Source: Pseudomonadota bacterium
Lineage (GTDB): Bacteria > Pseudomonadota > Gammaproteobacteria > Burkholderiales > SG8-39
NCBI GenBank assembly: GCA_025356665.1
Contig: JANXRV010000094.1
Coordinates: 6,265 to 70,264 of the forward strand
Reading direction: 5' to 3'
Length of the DNA stretch: 64,000 bases
Shown: positions 1 to 10,284 of the stretch, piece by piece
Layout of the letters: each line of letters starts with the position of its first letter
Numbering within the stretch: position 1 is the stretch's first letter
Notes under the pieces: generated by a model
What the model was told of the DNA's origin: nothing
The model's input: only the letters and a program-made list of their open reading frames with translations
Databases searched by the model: none
Position numbers and translations under genes: made by a program

Positions 1-574
1 CATACATGCCGCCATAAAGACGCGCGCGCGTCTGCGCCAACGCCGGCTCGATGGCAACGCATTCATCCGGAGCAAGCAAACGAGCCTCAAGACCCAGTCC
101 GTTTAGCAAAGCGGCCTCATCGCGCGCGCGCTCAAACAGTCGCGGCTCGGTGTAAAAATGCAAAATACCCCGGGTATTCTGCCCGTAGGCTATTCCTGTC
201 TCGAGGCGCAATTGCTGCAGGCGCTCGCGGCTGTAAAGGGCGAGTGCGAAGGCCTGCCGGGTATTTGAGCGGCTGCGCCAAGGCAGGCATTCCAGCAAGA
301 AACGCGCGCCCCACAGCCATTGGTCAATATCGGCGCGCGGACGGAACAGCAGCGGCGCATCCTCACGCCCCAACCACTGCATAAGCTTTAGCGGCGCGCT
401 GGGATTGGCCCAGGGTTCTGCATGACTCACCGATATCTGGCCGCCATTGGCGAAGCTCGTCTCCATCCCCGCCTCGGGCTGACGGTCAAGCACAGAAACC
501 TTATGGCCGGCCGCCGCGAGATACCAGGCGCTCGCAACACCGACAACCCCGGCACCCAGCACAATGACCCTCAT
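1..574 (-). CDS. dadA: D-amino acid dehydrogenase, N-terminal ~191 aa (gene runs off the left edge)
   Basis: Reverse-strand reading from the ATG at 574 gives MRVIVLGAGVVGVASAWYLAAAGHKVSVLDRQPEAGMETSFANGGQIS..., which is a GxGxxG FAD fold plus the conserved DadA N-terminus. It stays open to position 1, so it is absent from the ORF track (no stop in the window). Confidence 0.8.
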   Translation of the reverse strand, partial: MRVIVLGAGVVGVASAWYLAAAGHKVSVLDRQPEAGMETSFANGGQISVSHAEPWANPSAPLKLMQWLGREDAPLLFRPRADIDQWLWGARFLLECLPWRSRSNTRQAFALALYSRERLQQLRLETGIAYGQNTRGILHFYTEPRLFERARDEAALLNGLGLEARLLAPDECVAIEPALAQTRARLYGGMY

Positions 575-626
575 AACTTAAGCTTCCAGTCTCCCGGCGA
601 GTGTGCGTCGCCATGCATAAAAATGA

Positions 627-657
627 AAAGGGGCAGCACCTTTCGGCCTGCCCCTTT
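627..657 (-). terminator. Rho-independent terminator after the FAH/SDR gene pair
   Basis: 10-bp stem aaaggggcag/ctgccccttt with an 11-nt loop. On the minus strand it is followed by TCATTTTTAT and lies 22 nt after the stop at 679. Confidence 0.5.
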
Positions 658-678
658 GATCTGACAAACGGCGAAAAA

Positions 679-1524
679 TTATTTCGCTGGCACGACCTTC
701 TGGCGCTGTTCGCCGAGCCCCTGGACACCGAGGGTAACGATGTCGCCGGGCTTGAGGAACTTGGGCTCGGGCTTGATGCCAAGTCCAACGCCCGGGGGCG
801 TGCCGGTGGTGATGATGTCGCCGGGCAACAAGGTCATGTAGTTCGAGACGTGCGAAACAATTTTCGCGCAGTTGAAAATCATCGTGCGCGTGTTGCCCGT
901 CTGCATGCGCTGGTCGTTCACGTCCAGCCACATTTCGAGCGACTGCGGATCGCTTATCTCATCGGTCGTCACAAGCCAGGGGCCGATCGGACCAAAACTG
1001 TCATTGCTCTTGCCCTTGTCCCACTGACTGGTAACAAGCTGGAATGCGCGCTCAGAAACGTCATTGACAATGCAGTATCCGGCGACATAGTTGAGCGCCT
1101 TTTCCTCGGATACATATTGCGCCTTGGTGCCGATGACGATAGCCAATTCGACCTCCCAGTCGAGCTTGGTGGAGTTGCGCGGCTGGATGATGTCGTCGTT
1201 AGGGCCGGAAATGCAGGTGGTCGCCTTCATGAACACCACCGGCTCCGAAGGGATCGGCATACCGGCTTCCTTGGCATGGTCCGAATAGTTCAAGCCGATC
1301 GCGACAAATTTTGAAATGCCGGTGTAGGGCACACCAAGGCGCGGCTCGCCTTTTACCAGCGGCAGGGTCTCGGGCTTGATTTTTTTCAGCTTCGCCAGAC
1401 CCGCCGGCGACAGCGTTGCCTGGTCAATATTGGGCAACACATGGGACAAGTCACGCAACTGTCCCTGCGCATCGATCATGCCTGGTTTTTCGAATCCACT
1501 CTTGCCATAGCGACACAATTTCAT
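679..1524 (-). CDS. Fumarylacetoacetate hydrolase (FAH) family protein, probable 2,4-diketo-3-deoxy sugar-acid hydrolase
   Basis: Track ORF 679..1551. I prefer the ATG at 1524 (MKLCRYG...), which has GGAGAA 6 nt upstream. The body (GLNYSDHAKE, VELAIVIG, PGDIITTGTPPGVG) is typical FAH family. It sits next to an SDR and acid-sugar dehydratases. Confidence 0.85.
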   Translation of the reverse strand: MKLCRYGKSGFEKPGMIDAQGQLRDLSHVLPNIDQATLSPAGLAKLKKIKPETLPLVKGEPRLGVPYTGISKFVAIGLNYSDHAKEAGMPIPSEPVVFMKATTCISGPNDDIIQPRNSTKLDWEVELAIVIGTKAQYVSEEKALNYVAGYCIVNDVSERAFQLVTSQWDKGKSNDSFGPIGPWLVTTDEISDPQSLEMWLDVNDQRMQTGNTRTMIFNCAKIVSHVSNYMTLLPGDIITTGTPPGVGLGIKPEPKFLKPGDIVTLGVQGLGEQRQKVVPAK

Positions 1525-1718
1525 ATTTTTCTCCGAATTTTCTGCTCCCACGGACAGCCGAGGATTATAGCAATCGCGCCCCGGAATCTGTAGCTAAATC
1601 GCTCATAAATCGTGCCTGTTCAGCGCAAGTTACTGTATATAAATAGTATTTTTAGATAAGCTCGCGCTACAGCAATGCCGTATCCCGCCATACCGATAAA
1701 AGCCGGCTGCACCGCCTC

Positions 1719-2459
1719 CTAGATCGTCATTCCACCGTCAACGGAAAAGGCCCCCCCGGTGGCAAACAACGATTCGTCCGAGGCGAGATAGATAAATATA
1801 GGCACCATATCCTCGACCGTGCCCAGACGCCCCATCGGCTGGCGCTCGATGAAATCCTTGCGCGCCTGGACAGGATTGGCAAACGCGTTGATCCGCCCCT
1901 CAAGCGAAGGCGTTGCGATGGTGCCCGGACACACTGCGTTGCAACGCACACCCTGTTTGACATAATCGGCGGCAATCGCCTTGGTCAGCCCGATGACCGC
2001 CGCCTTGCTCGCGCCATAAGCAAGGCGGTTGGGCAGCCCCTTTATGCTCGACGCAATCGACGACATATTGATGATGCTGCCCTTGTTCTTCTTCAGCATC
2101 CCAGGCAAGAATGCGCGGGTGGTGAAAAACATCGCTCGCACGTTGATATCGAAACTTTTGTCCCAGTCCTCCGGCGTGCAATCAAGGGCGCTGCCATGCG
2201 CAACCCAACCGGCGCAGTTAAACAGCACGTCCACAGCACCAACCTCGTCCGCGATGCGCGCGATCGCTGCGTCATCGGTCACATCAAGCTGCCGTGTCTT
2301 TATACCGGGCACGCCTTCCAGCTCGGCCAGCAATTTCGCGTTCACATCAGTCGCCCAGACGCTGGCGCCCTCCTTGGCGAACGCCACCGCAGCCGCGCGT
2401 CCCATACCCTGCGCCGCCGCCGTAATGAATGCAATTTTCCCTTCCAGTCTGCCGCTCAT
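1719..2459 (-). CDS. Short-chain dehydrogenase/reductase (SDR), candidate 2-keto-3-deoxy sugar-acid dehydrogenase
   Basis: Track ORF 1719..2630. The realistic start is the ATG at 2459 (MSGRLEGKIAFITAAAQGMG = TGxxxGxG). The catalytic YGASKAAV motif is present. About 247 aa. Confidence 0.85.
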   Translation of the reverse strand: MSGRLEGKIAFITAAAQGMGRAAAVAFAKEGASVWATDVNAKLLAELEGVPGIKTRQLDVTDDAAIARIADEVGAVDVLFNCAGWVAHGSALDCTPEDWDKSFDINVRAMFFTTRAFLPGMLKKNKGSIINMSSIASSIKGLPNRLAYGASKAAVIGLTKAIAADYVKQGVRCNAVCPGTIATPSLEGRINAFANPVQARKDFIERQPMGRLGTVEDMVPIFIYLASDESLFATGGAFSVDGGMTI

Positions 2460-2607
2460 CCCATCCCCTTTCAATGTTGATGTTTCTCGATGTTTTTTGT
2501 ACAAACCAGACCGGACCAACAAATCACACAGACACGAACACAAACGAACACAAATGCAATTTACGCAGTGCATTTGTGGTGCGCCGCAGCATCCGATGCG
2601 CATTACA

Positions 2608-2624
2608 AATTGGTCTGACCACTT
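2608..2624. promoter_or_regulatory. Putative GntR/FadR-family operator (AATTGGTCTGACCACTT)
   Basis: Near-palindrome TGGTC-T-GACCA embedded in AATTGGT-N3-ACCA. This is the t.GT-N-AC.a pattern used by FadR-subfamily GntR regulators such as PdhR and LldR. It lies in the divergent region between the SDR (start 2459) and the GntR gene (start 2695). Confidence 0.4.
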
Positions 2625-2694
2625 GACCAAAGTGTAACGCGCTCGTTAAGCTGACGTCCACCCCTCGCAGACAGCCCATAAGAATTCCAAGACT

Positions 2695-3396
2695 ATGCCG
2701 CTGCAAACCGTAGAGACACGCCGCCTATACCGGCAGATCGCCGACCAGATTCACGCGCTCATCGTCGGCGGAGAATACGCCCCCGGCTCACGCCTGCCGC
2801 CCGAGCGCACCTTGGCAAAGCAGCTTGGCGTGTCAAGACCGTCGGTGCGCGAAGCGCTGATCGCTCTTGAAGTCGAGGGCATGCTCGACGTGCGCGTTGG
2901 TTCGGGTATCTATGTGACACAACCGGGCGAGCGCGGCGGGCACGAACCCCTGAATGACCCCACCGGCCCATTCGAGGTCATCAGCGCACGCGGACTGATA
3001 GAAGGCGAGTGCGCCGCGCTCGCGGCAAAAAACGCCAGCACCCTGCAGATGCGCGCCATCCGCGGCGCCCACGCCGGCATGCTGGCGGAGAGCAAAAAGC
3101 ACCACAACCCGCTTGATGCCGACCGGCTTTTCCATGTGCGCCTCGCAGAGGCAAGCGGCAACAGTGCTCTGGTGCTCGTTGTGCAAACGCTGTGGGACCA
3201 GCGCATCGGCCCGCTATACCGCAGCCTCGAACGCAAGCTCGAATATCCCCGAATGGCCGCTGAAACCATGCGCGAGCATCAGTCCATAGTCAACGCAATC
3301 GTCAAGCGCGATGCGCGCGGCGCAAGGGCCGCAATGCGCCAGCACATGAAAAAAACCCACCAACGCTACATCAAGGAATGGAGTGCGGAAAGCTAG
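2695..3396 (+). CDS. GntR-family transcriptional regulator (FadR subfamily)
   Basis: N-terminal winged HTH ([41 protein letters not shown]) plus an all-helical FCD-like C-terminal domain. Confidence 0.9.
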   Translation: MPLQTVETRRLYRQIADQIHALIVGGEYAPGSRLPPERTLAKQLGVSRPSVREALIALEVEGMLDVRVGSGIYVTQPGERGGHEPLNDPTGPFEVISARGLIEGECAALAAKNASTLQMRAIRGAHAGMLAESKKHHNPLDADRLFHVRLAEASGNSALVLVVQTLWDQRIGPLYRSLERKLEYPRMAAETMREHQSIVNAIVKRDARGARAAMRQHMKKTHQRYIKEWSAES

Positions 3397-3397
3397 C

Positions 3398-4450
3398 ATG
3401 GCCACAGTCACGCTCAGAGATGTACGCAAGTCCTTTGGCAGCACGCCGGTGGTGCATGGCGTCGATATCCTCATTGAGGATGGAGAATTCTGCGTCCTCG
3501 TCGGTCCTTCCGGATGCGGCAAGTCGACGCTGCTGCGCATGATCGCGGGACTGGAAGAAATATCCGCTGGCGAGATCCTGATCGGCGAGCGCGTGGTGAA
3601 CAATGTCGCGCCAAAGGAACGCGACATTGCCATGGTGTTCCAGAACTATGCGCTGTATCCGCACATGACCGTGCGCGACAATATGGCATTCAGCCTGAAG
3701 CTCGCACGCACGCCGAAAGAACAGATGCAGCAGCGCGTGGCCGAGGCTGCGAGCATTCTCGGGCTGACCGATTACCTTGAGCGCTATCCGCGCCAGCTCT
3801 CGGGCGGCCAGCGCCAGCGCGTGGCCATGGGTCGCGCCATCGTCAGGAAGCCCCAGGTGTTCCTCTTCGATGAACCGCTCTCCAACCTGGATGCCAAGCT
3901 GCGCGTATCGATGCGCACCGAGATCAAGGCACTGCACCAGCGGCTCAAAACAACTTCGGTTTATGTCACGCACGACCAAATCGAGGCAATGACCATGGCC
4001 GACAGGATCGTGGTTATGAACGCGGGCAGGGTCGAACAGATCGGCTCGCCGCTGGACCTTTACGACAACCCGGCCAACCTGTTCGTCGCCGGTTTCATCG
4101 GCTCGCCGGCAATGAACTTTGTTCCCGGAAAGGCGACCGGGAACGGCAGCATTTCGGTTGCGCAAGGCCATGATATCCCGCTGAACGCGGGAGTGAGGGT
4201 CGAAGCCGGCCGCGACGTCATCGTCGGCGTGCGTCCGGAGCACCTCGCGGTGTCGGCAAGCGGCCTGCCGGTGGAAGTTGTGGTGGTCGAACCCACCGGC
4301 GCCGACACCCAGATCTTTTGCAAGCTTGCTGGCGTCGACATCACCGCTGTCGTGCGCGAGCGTCATGAGTTCCATCCCGGCGAAACGATCCGCTTGGCGC
4401 CCCAACTGACGTTCCTTTTCGACCCCGCGAGCGGGGCAAGGCTCGCCTGA
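3398..4450 (+). CDS. ABC sugar-type transporter ATP-binding protein (MalK/UgpC-like)
   Basis: Walker [10 protein letters not shown], signature LSGGQRQR and Walker [12 protein letters not shown], followed by a C-terminal MalK-type regulatory domain. The ATG at 3398 is 1 nt after the GntR stop. Confidence 0.9.
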   Translation: MATVTLRDVRKSFGSTPVVHGVDILIEDGEFCVLVGPSGCGKSTLLRMIAGLEEISAGEILIGERVVNNVAPKERDIAMVFQNYALYPHMTVRDNMAFSLKLARTPKEQMQQRVAEAASILGLTDYLERYPRQLSGGQRQRVAMGRAIVRKPQVFLFDEPLSNLDAKLRVSMRTEIKALHQRLKTTSVYVTHDQIEAMTMADRIVVMNAGRVEQIGSPLDLYDNPANLFVAGFIGSPAMNFVPGKATGNGSISVAQGHDIPLNAGVRVEAGRDVIVGVRPEHLAVSASGLPVEVVVVEPTGADTQIFCKLAGVDITAVVRERHEFHPGETIRLAPQLTFLFDPASGARLA

Positions 4451-4477
4451 GAACTTAAATCACCAAAGGAGGAAAAC

Positions 4478-5797
4478 ATGAGCATGATGAAACGCAGGGA
4501 TTTTCTGAAAACCACCGTCGGTATCGCCGCTGGGGCAGCCGCTCCGGTGGCCTTGATGAAGGAGGCGCAGGCCCAGCAGTGGACCGGCCAGCCCGAGAAG
4601 GGCGCAAAGCTACGCGTACTGCGCTGGAGCCGCTTCGTGCAGGGCGACATCGACCAGTACATGAAGAACGTCGCCGCCTTCAGCCAGAAATACGGCATCG
4701 AGGTGCGTGTCGACAACGAGGGCTGGGAAGACGTGCGTCCCAAGGCTGCAGTCTCTGCCAACACCGGCGCGGGCCCGGACATCATCCTGTCGACCAACGA
4801 CGATGCCAACCTCTACCCCGATAAACTGCTCGACGTAACCGACCTCGGTGAATACCTGGGCAAGAAATACGGCGGCTGGTTCCCCGCCGCACAGGCATTC
4901 AACCGCCCCGACGGCAAGAAGTGGATCGCCATCCCGCTCGGCTCAGCCGGCGCGATGATGGTCTACCGCGAGAGCATGCTCAAAGCAGCCGGCTTCAACA
5001 GCTTCCCGAAGACCACGGACGACTTCCTGAAAATGATGAAGGCGCTGCACGCCAAGGGCACTCCCGGCGGCTTTGCCCTAGGCAACGCGACCGGCGACGG
5101 CATGTGGTGCAACTGGCTGATCTGGGCCTTCGGCGGCAAGCTCGTCAACGAGAAAAACCAGGTCGTGATCGACAGCCCGGAAACACTGAAGGCGCTCGAG
5201 TACGGCAAGGAACTCTACGCCACGTTTATCCCGGGCACGCTGTCCTGGCTCGACCCGAACAACAACAAGGCCTTCCTTGACGGCCAGATTTCGGTCACCA
5301 ACAACGGCATTTCGATCTACTACGCAGCGAAGAACGCCACGGATCCGAAGGTCAAGGAATTGCAGGCAGACATCCAGCACGCCTCGTTCCCCATAGGGCC
5401 CGTGGGCGTAGCCACCGAGTCCCACCTGTTCTTCAACCAGATGATCATGAAGCACACCAAGTACCCGAAGGCGGCCAAGGAGTTCCTGCGCTTCATGATG
5501 GAGAAGGAACAATTCGAGCCCTGGATGACGGCCTCGGGCGGCTACACCGCCCCGCCGCTCGCCGACTACACGAAAGCCGCGATCTGGACATCTGACGTGA
5601 AAAACACGCCATACCGCGACGCCGTGAAAAATCTGCGTCCTGCGGGCTTTGCCGGCAAGCTCGGCTACGCCTCTGCGGGTGCAGCAGCAGATTTCATTGT
5701 TATCAACATGGTGGCCGAAGCTATCAGCGGTGCGAAGACACCGAAGGAAGCCGCGGAGCGCGCGCAAAAACGCGCCGAGCGCTACTACAAGGTGTAA
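4478..5797 (+). CDS. ABC transporter extracellular solute-binding protein (family 1)
   Basis: Twin-arginine-like signal MKRRDFLKTTVGIAAGAAAPVALM. The 439-aa size and composition are typical of sugar-binding proteins. It sits between the ATPase and two permease genes. Confidence 0.9.
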   Translation: MSMMKRRDFLKTTVGIAAGAAAPVALMKEAQAQQWTGQPEKGAKLRVLRWSRFVQGDIDQYMKNVAAFSQKYGIEVRVDNEGWEDVRPKAAVSANTGAGPDIILSTNDDANLYPDKLLDVTDLGEYLGKKYGGWFPAAQAFNRPDGKKWIAIPLGSAGAMMVYRESMLKAAGFNSFPKTTDDFLKMMKALHAKGTPGGFALGNATGDGMWCNWLIWAFGGKLVNEKNQVVIDSPETLKALEYGKELYATFIPGTLSWLDPNNNKAFLDGQISVTNNGISIYYAAKNATDPKVKELQADIQHASFPIGPVGVATESHLFFNQMIMKHTKYPKAAKEFLRFMMEKEQFEPWMTASGGYTAPPLADYTKAAIWTSDVKNTPYRDAVKNLRPAGFAGKLGYASAGAAADFIVINMVAEAISGAKTPKEAAERAQKRAERYYKV

Positions 5798-5811
5798 GCA
5801 GGATCTATCGA

Positions 5812-6711
5812 GTGAGTCGCTGGCTTAACAACAGGAACGTCCTCGGGCTGCTATTCATGCTGCCCGCGGGCCTCCTGTTGCTCGTTTTCCTAACCTACCC
5901 GCTCGGTCTGGGCACCTGGCTGGGCTTTACCGACGCCAAGGTCGGGCGCTCCGGCGAGTGGGTGGGCACGGAGAATTTCGAATTCCTGTTCGGCGACAGT
6001 GTCGCGCGCCTGTCGCTCTTCAATACCTTGTTCTACACCGTCGTCGCGAGCATCATGAAGTTCGCGTTCGGACTGTGGCTCGCGTTGCTCCTTAACAAGG
6101 ACCTGCCGGTCAAGGCCTTCCTGCGTGCCATCGTGCTGCTGCCCTTCATTGTCCCGACCGCCCTGTCGGCGCTCGCGTTCTGGTGGCTTTATGACTCGCA
6201 ATTCTCGGTCATCTCTTGGGCGTTCATGAAGATGGGCCTCATAAACCAGTACATCGACTTCCTCGGCGATCCCTGGATGGCGCGCCTTGCCACCATCGCC
6301 GCCAACGTCTGGCGCGGCGTCCCCTTTGTCGCCATCACGCTGCTGGCCGGACTGCAGACCGTGTCGCCCTCCCTGTACGAAGCCGCCTCACTCGACGGCG
6401 CCACAGAATGGCAGAAATTCCGGCACGTCACGCTACCAATGCTCACGCCCATCATCGCAGTAGTGATGACCTTCTCGGTGCTGTTCACCTTTACCGACTT
6501 CCAGCTGATCTACGTGCTGACCCGTGGCGGCCCGCTCAACGCCACCCACCTCATGGCGACGCTCTCCTTCCAGCGCGCCATTTCCGGCGGCGCGCTAGGC
6601 GAAGGTGCGGCGCTCGCCACCGCGATGGTGCCATTCCTGCTCGCTGCAATCATGTTCAGCTACTTCGGCCTGCAGCGCCGCGCCTGGCAGCAGGGCGGAA
6701 CCGATAAATAG
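5812..6711 (+). CDS. ABC transporter permease (MalF/UgpA-like)
   Basis: Multi-pass membrane protein carrying the EAA-type loop (EAASLDGATEWQKFRHVTLPML). Confidence 0.9.
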   Translation: MSRWLNNRNVLGLLFMLPAGLLLLVFLTYPLGLGTWLGFTDAKVGRSGEWVGTENFEFLFGDSVARLSLFNTLFYTVVASIMKFAFGLWLALLLNKDLPVKAFLRAIVLLPFIVPTALSALAFWWLYDSQFSVISWAFMKMGLINQYIDFLGDPWMARLATIAANVWRGVPFVAITLLAGLQTVSPSLYEAASLDGATEWQKFRHVTLPMLTPIIAVVMTFSVLFTFTDFQLIYVLTRGGPLNATHLMATLSFQRAISGGALGEGAALATAMVPFLLAAIMFSYFGLQRRAWQQGGTDK

Positions 6712-6727
6712 AAATGCAGGAAAACCC

Positions 6728-7603
6728 GTGAGCCAAAACGAAACCCAGGACTCCGCCGGAATGGCCTATCTCGACTCGCGCCTGCGGCGCTGGGTCACGG
6801 TCTACCTCCCCCTGCTCGCCTTCCTGTTCGTACTACTGTTCCCTTTCTACTGGATGGGGATGACCGCGTTCAAGCCGAACGAGGAACTCGTATCCAAGGC
6901 GGCAAACCCGTTCTGGATTAACAACCCGACAATCGTCCATTTTGAAAAACTGCTGTTCCACACCTCCTATCCGCAGTGGATGTGGAACACGGTGGTGGTC
7001 TCCGTTATCGCCACATTCACCTCGCTCGCCGCAAGCGTGTTCGCCGCCTATGCCATCGAGCGCCTGCGCTACAAGGGATCCAGGCAGGTCGGTCTGGCCA
7101 TTTTTCTCGCCTATCTGGTGCCCCCGTCCATCCTGTTCATTCCACTGGCCGCGATCGTGGTCCAGCTCGGCCTGTACGACACCAGGTGGGCGCTGATCCT
7201 CACCTACCCGACCTTCCTGATTCCGTTCTGTACCTGGCTGCTGATGGGGTACTTCCGTTCGATCCCCTATGAGCTGGAGGAATGCGCGCTGATCGACGGC
7301 GCAACGCGCTGGCAGGTGCTCATCAAGATCATCCTGCCGCTCGCTGTGCCAGGGCTGATATCGGCGGGCATATTCGCCTTCACGCTGTCGTGGAACGAGT
7401 TCATCTACGCGCTAACATTCATCTCCTCCTCGGAAACCAAGACGGTGCCGGTTGGCGTAGTAACCGAACTGGTGGAAGGCGACGTCTATCACTGGGGCCC
7501 GCTGATGGCCGGCGCGCTACTCGGCTCGCTGCCAGTGGCGGTGCTGTATTCCTTCTTCGTCGAGTACTACGTATCGGGCATGACCGGGGCGGTCAAGGAG
7601 TAG
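6728..7603 (+). CDS. ABC transporter permease (MalG/UgpE-like)
   Basis: Track ORF 6605..7603 overlaps the previous gene. The likely start is the GTG at 6728 (AGGAAAA upstream), with the ATG at 6761 as an alternative. EAA loop EECALIDGATRWQVLIKIILPLA. Confidence 0.85.
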   Translation: MSQNETQDSAGMAYLDSRLRRWVTVYLPLLAFLFVLLFPFYWMGMTAFKPNEELVSKAANPFWINNPTIVHFEKLLFHTSYPQWMWNTVVVSVIATFTSLAASVFAAYAIERLRYKGSRQVGLAIFLAYLVPPSILFIPLAAIVVQLGLYDTRWALILTYPTFLIPFCTWLLMGYFRSIPYELEECALIDGATRWQVLIKIILPLAVPGLISAGIFAFTLSWNEFIYALTFISSSETKTVPVGVVTELVEGDVYHWGPLMAGALLGSLPVAVLYSFFVEYYVSGMTGAVKE

Positions 7604-7686
7604 GCCCGGCCCGTTGGGTTCGCAATTTTCTATGCGCGCATGGATACCACACGCTGTTTTAGCTCATTCACAAACAACCAAAGGTT

Positions 7687-8442
7687 TTGCATATGAATCA
7701 ACTTGATTTTAAGGACCGCACGGCCATTGTCACCGGCGGCGCGACAGGCATCGGCCTCGCCATCGTCAAACGTCTGCTCGCCTCTGGTGCCAAGGTTCGG
7801 ATCTGGGATCGTGATGCGCAGACATTGCAACAGACGCTGACATCGCTGGCCAACCCCGGCGCAAGCGGTGCCAATGTCGATGTGTCCGATGCGCAGTCGG
7901 TGGCCAAAGCCACAGAGGATGCCGCCGCCACGCTGGGCAAAATAGACGTCCTGGTCAATAACGCCGGCATCGCCGGCATCAACACCCCGGTGATCGACTA
8001 CCCCGTCGATGAATGGGAACGCGTGCTAAAGGTCAATCTCACCGGCCCGTTCCTGTGCTGCCGCGCCGTCGCTCCACACATGGTGAAAAACAAGTACGGT
8101 CGCATCGTCAATATCGCATCCGTCGCCGGCAAGGAGGGCAATCCCAATGCGGTCGCCTACTCCGCCTCAAAAGCCGGCGTGATCTCGCTCACAAAATCGC
8201 TCGGCAAGGAGTTGGCGCAAACGGGTGTGCTGGTCAATTGCGTCACCCCGGCGGCGGCAAAAACGGCGATCTTCGACCAGATGACTGAGCAGCATATCAA
8301 CTACATGCTGTCAAAAATTCCCATGAACCGGTTTGTACAGGTGGATGAAATCGCCGCGCTGGTCGGCTGGCTCGCATCACAGGATTGCTCGTTCTCCACG
8401 GCGGGCGTGTTCGATATTTCCGGCGGTCGCGCGACTTACTGA
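7687..8442 (+). CDS. Short-chain dehydrogenase/reductase (SDR)
   Basis: TGGATGIG cofactor motif, NNAG and catalytic YSASKAGV. 251 aa. Confidence 0.85.
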   Translation: MHMNQLDFKDRTAIVTGGATGIGLAIVKRLLASGAKVRIWDRDAQTLQQTLTSLANPGASGANVDVSDAQSVAKATEDAAATLGKIDVLVNNAGIAGINTPVIDYPVDEWERVLKVNLTGPFLCCRAVAPHMVKNKYGRIVNIASVAGKEGNPNAVAYSASKAGVISLTKSLGKELAQTGVLVNCVTPAAAKTAIFDQMTEQHINYMLSKIPMNRFVQVDEIAALVGWLASQDCSFSTAGVFDISGGRATY

Positions 8443-8455
8443 ACCTGATTCTCAT

Positions 8456-10189
8456 ATGGCAAAAAAACCCATCAAGAAACTGCGAAGCCAGGCCTGGTTC
8501 GGACGCGAGGATATTTACGGTTTTATCTACCGATCCTGGACGAAAAACCGCGGCATCCCTCATGACCAGTTTGACGGCAGGCCGGTTATCGGCATTTGCA
8601 ACACCTGGTCTGAACTGACCCCGTGCAATTCTCATTTCCGCGCACTTGCGGAGCACGTGCGCAACGGGATTCTGGAAGCGGGCGGGTTTCCACTCGAGTT
8701 CCCTGTAATGTCGTTGGGCGAAACATTGCTGCGTCCGACGGCGATGATGTTTCGCAACCTCGCCAGCATGGATGTCGAGGAATCAATTCGAGCCAATCCC
8801 CTCGACGGCGTCGTTCTGCTGGTCGGTTGCGACAAGACCACCCCTGCCTTGCTGATGGGCGCGGCCAGTGTCGATGTGCCGGCCATCGCCGTTTCTGGCG
8901 GCCCGATGCTCTCGGGAAAATACCGTGGCACCGACATTGGGTCGGGCACCAACACCTGGTCGATGTCCGAGGATGTGCGCGCCGGCAAGATGACGCTCGA
9001 CGAGTTCCATGAGGCGGAGTCATGCATGCACCGCTCCCACGGCCATTGCATGACCATGGGCACCGCCTCAACCATGGCGAGCATGGTCGAGGCGCTTGGC
9101 ATAGGCATGCCGGGCAACGCCGCTTTCCCCGCCGTGGATGCCCGGCGCAATGTGCTCGCACGCATGGCCGGCCGGCGCATCGTTGACATGGTCAAAGAAG
9201 ACCTGACCATATCGAAAATCCTCACCCGGCAGGCGTTTGAGAATGCCATCCGCACCAACGCCGCCATCGGCGGCTCGACCAACGCGGTGATTCACCTGAT
9301 CGCCCTTGCCGGCCGCCTCGGCGTCAAGTTGGACCTCGACGATTGGGACCGCCTCGGCAGCGGCGTACACACCCTGCTCAACCTGATGCCCAACGGCAAG
9401 TTTCTGATGGAGGATTTTTGCTACGCCGGTGGCCTGCCCGTGGTGCTGCGCGAACTGGGTAAGAACGGCCTGCTGCACAAAAAGGCACTGACGGTAAATG
9501 GCCAGACAATCTGGGAAAACAACAAGAACGCCGAGTGCTTCAATCGCGACGTCATCACCCCGTTTGAAAAGCCGTTCAAGAAAAACACCGGTATCGCCGT
9601 ACTGCGCGGTAACCTGTGTCCTGACGGCGCAGTCATAAAGCCCTCGGCGGCGACCCCCAGACTGATGAAGCACAAAGGCCGCGCCGTGGTATTCAAGAGC
9701 ATCGACGATTTCCACGCGCGCATTGACGATCCGAAACTCGACATCGATGAGAACTGCGTCATGGTGCTGCAAAACTGCGGCCCCAAGGGCTATCCGGGCA
9801 TGGCCGAGGTGGGAAACATGCCCCTGCCTCCCAAGGTCTTGAAAAAAGGCATCACCGACATGGTGCGCATCTCGGACGCCCGCATGAGCGGCACGGCTTA
9901 CGGCACGGTTGTGCTGCACGCGGCCCCGGAAGCGGCGGCCGGCGGCGCGCTGGGCCTGGTGCAAGATGGCGACATCGTCGAACTGGACGTGGCAAAGCGC
10001 AAGCTCCACCTGCATGTTTCCGACGAAGAACTCGAACGCCGGCGAAAGAAATGGAAAGCACCAAAAGCACCGATGCAGCGCGGCTACTACAAACTGTATG
10101 TGGATCACGTATTGCAGGCCAATCAGGGGGCCGATCTGGATTTCCTGGTCGGGAAAAGCGGATCAGATATCCCGAAAGACAACCACTAA
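8456..10189 (+). CDS. IlvD/Edd-family dehydratase (pentonate/hexonate acid-sugar dehydratase type)
   Basis: Track ORF 8333..10189. The realistic start is the ATG at 8456 (MAKKPIKKLRSQAWFG...). The IlvD/Edd hallmarks CDKTTPALLMGAA and SDARMSGTAYG are present. 577 aa. Confidence 0.9.
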   Translation: MAKKPIKKLRSQAWFGREDIYGFIYRSWTKNRGIPHDQFDGRPVIGICNTWSELTPCNSHFRALAEHVRNGILEAGGFPLEFPVMSLGETLLRPTAMMFRNLASMDVEESIRANPLDGVVLLVGCDKTTPALLMGAASVDVPAIAVSGGPMLSGKYRGTDIGSGTNTWSMSEDVRAGKMTLDEFHEAESCMHRSHGHCMTMGTASTMASMVEALGIGMPGNAAFPAVDARRNVLARMAGRRIVDMVKEDLTISKILTRQAFENAIRTNAAIGGSTNAVIHLIALAGRLGVKLDLDDWDRLGSGVHTLLNLMPNGKFLMEDFCYAGGLPVVLRELGKNGLLHKKALTVNGQTIWENNKNAECFNRDVITPFEKPFKKNTGIAVLRGNLCPDGAVIKPSAATPRLMKHKGRAVVFKSIDDFHARIDDPKLDIDENCVMVLQNCGPKGYPGMAEVGNMPLPPKVLKKGITDMVRISDARMSGTAYGTVVLHAAPEAAAGGALGLVQDGDIVELDVAKRKLHLHVSDEELERRRKKWKAPKAPMQRGYYKLYVDHVLQANQGADLDFLVGKSGSDIPKDNH

Positions 10190-10284
10190 GCGTCAAAGGC
10201 GGGGGGGGTAGGGCTTTAACCCGCATCGATTGAAACGGCTGGGAAAAGCCGTTTAATCCGCACAGAGATACTAGAGGAGGGGAC

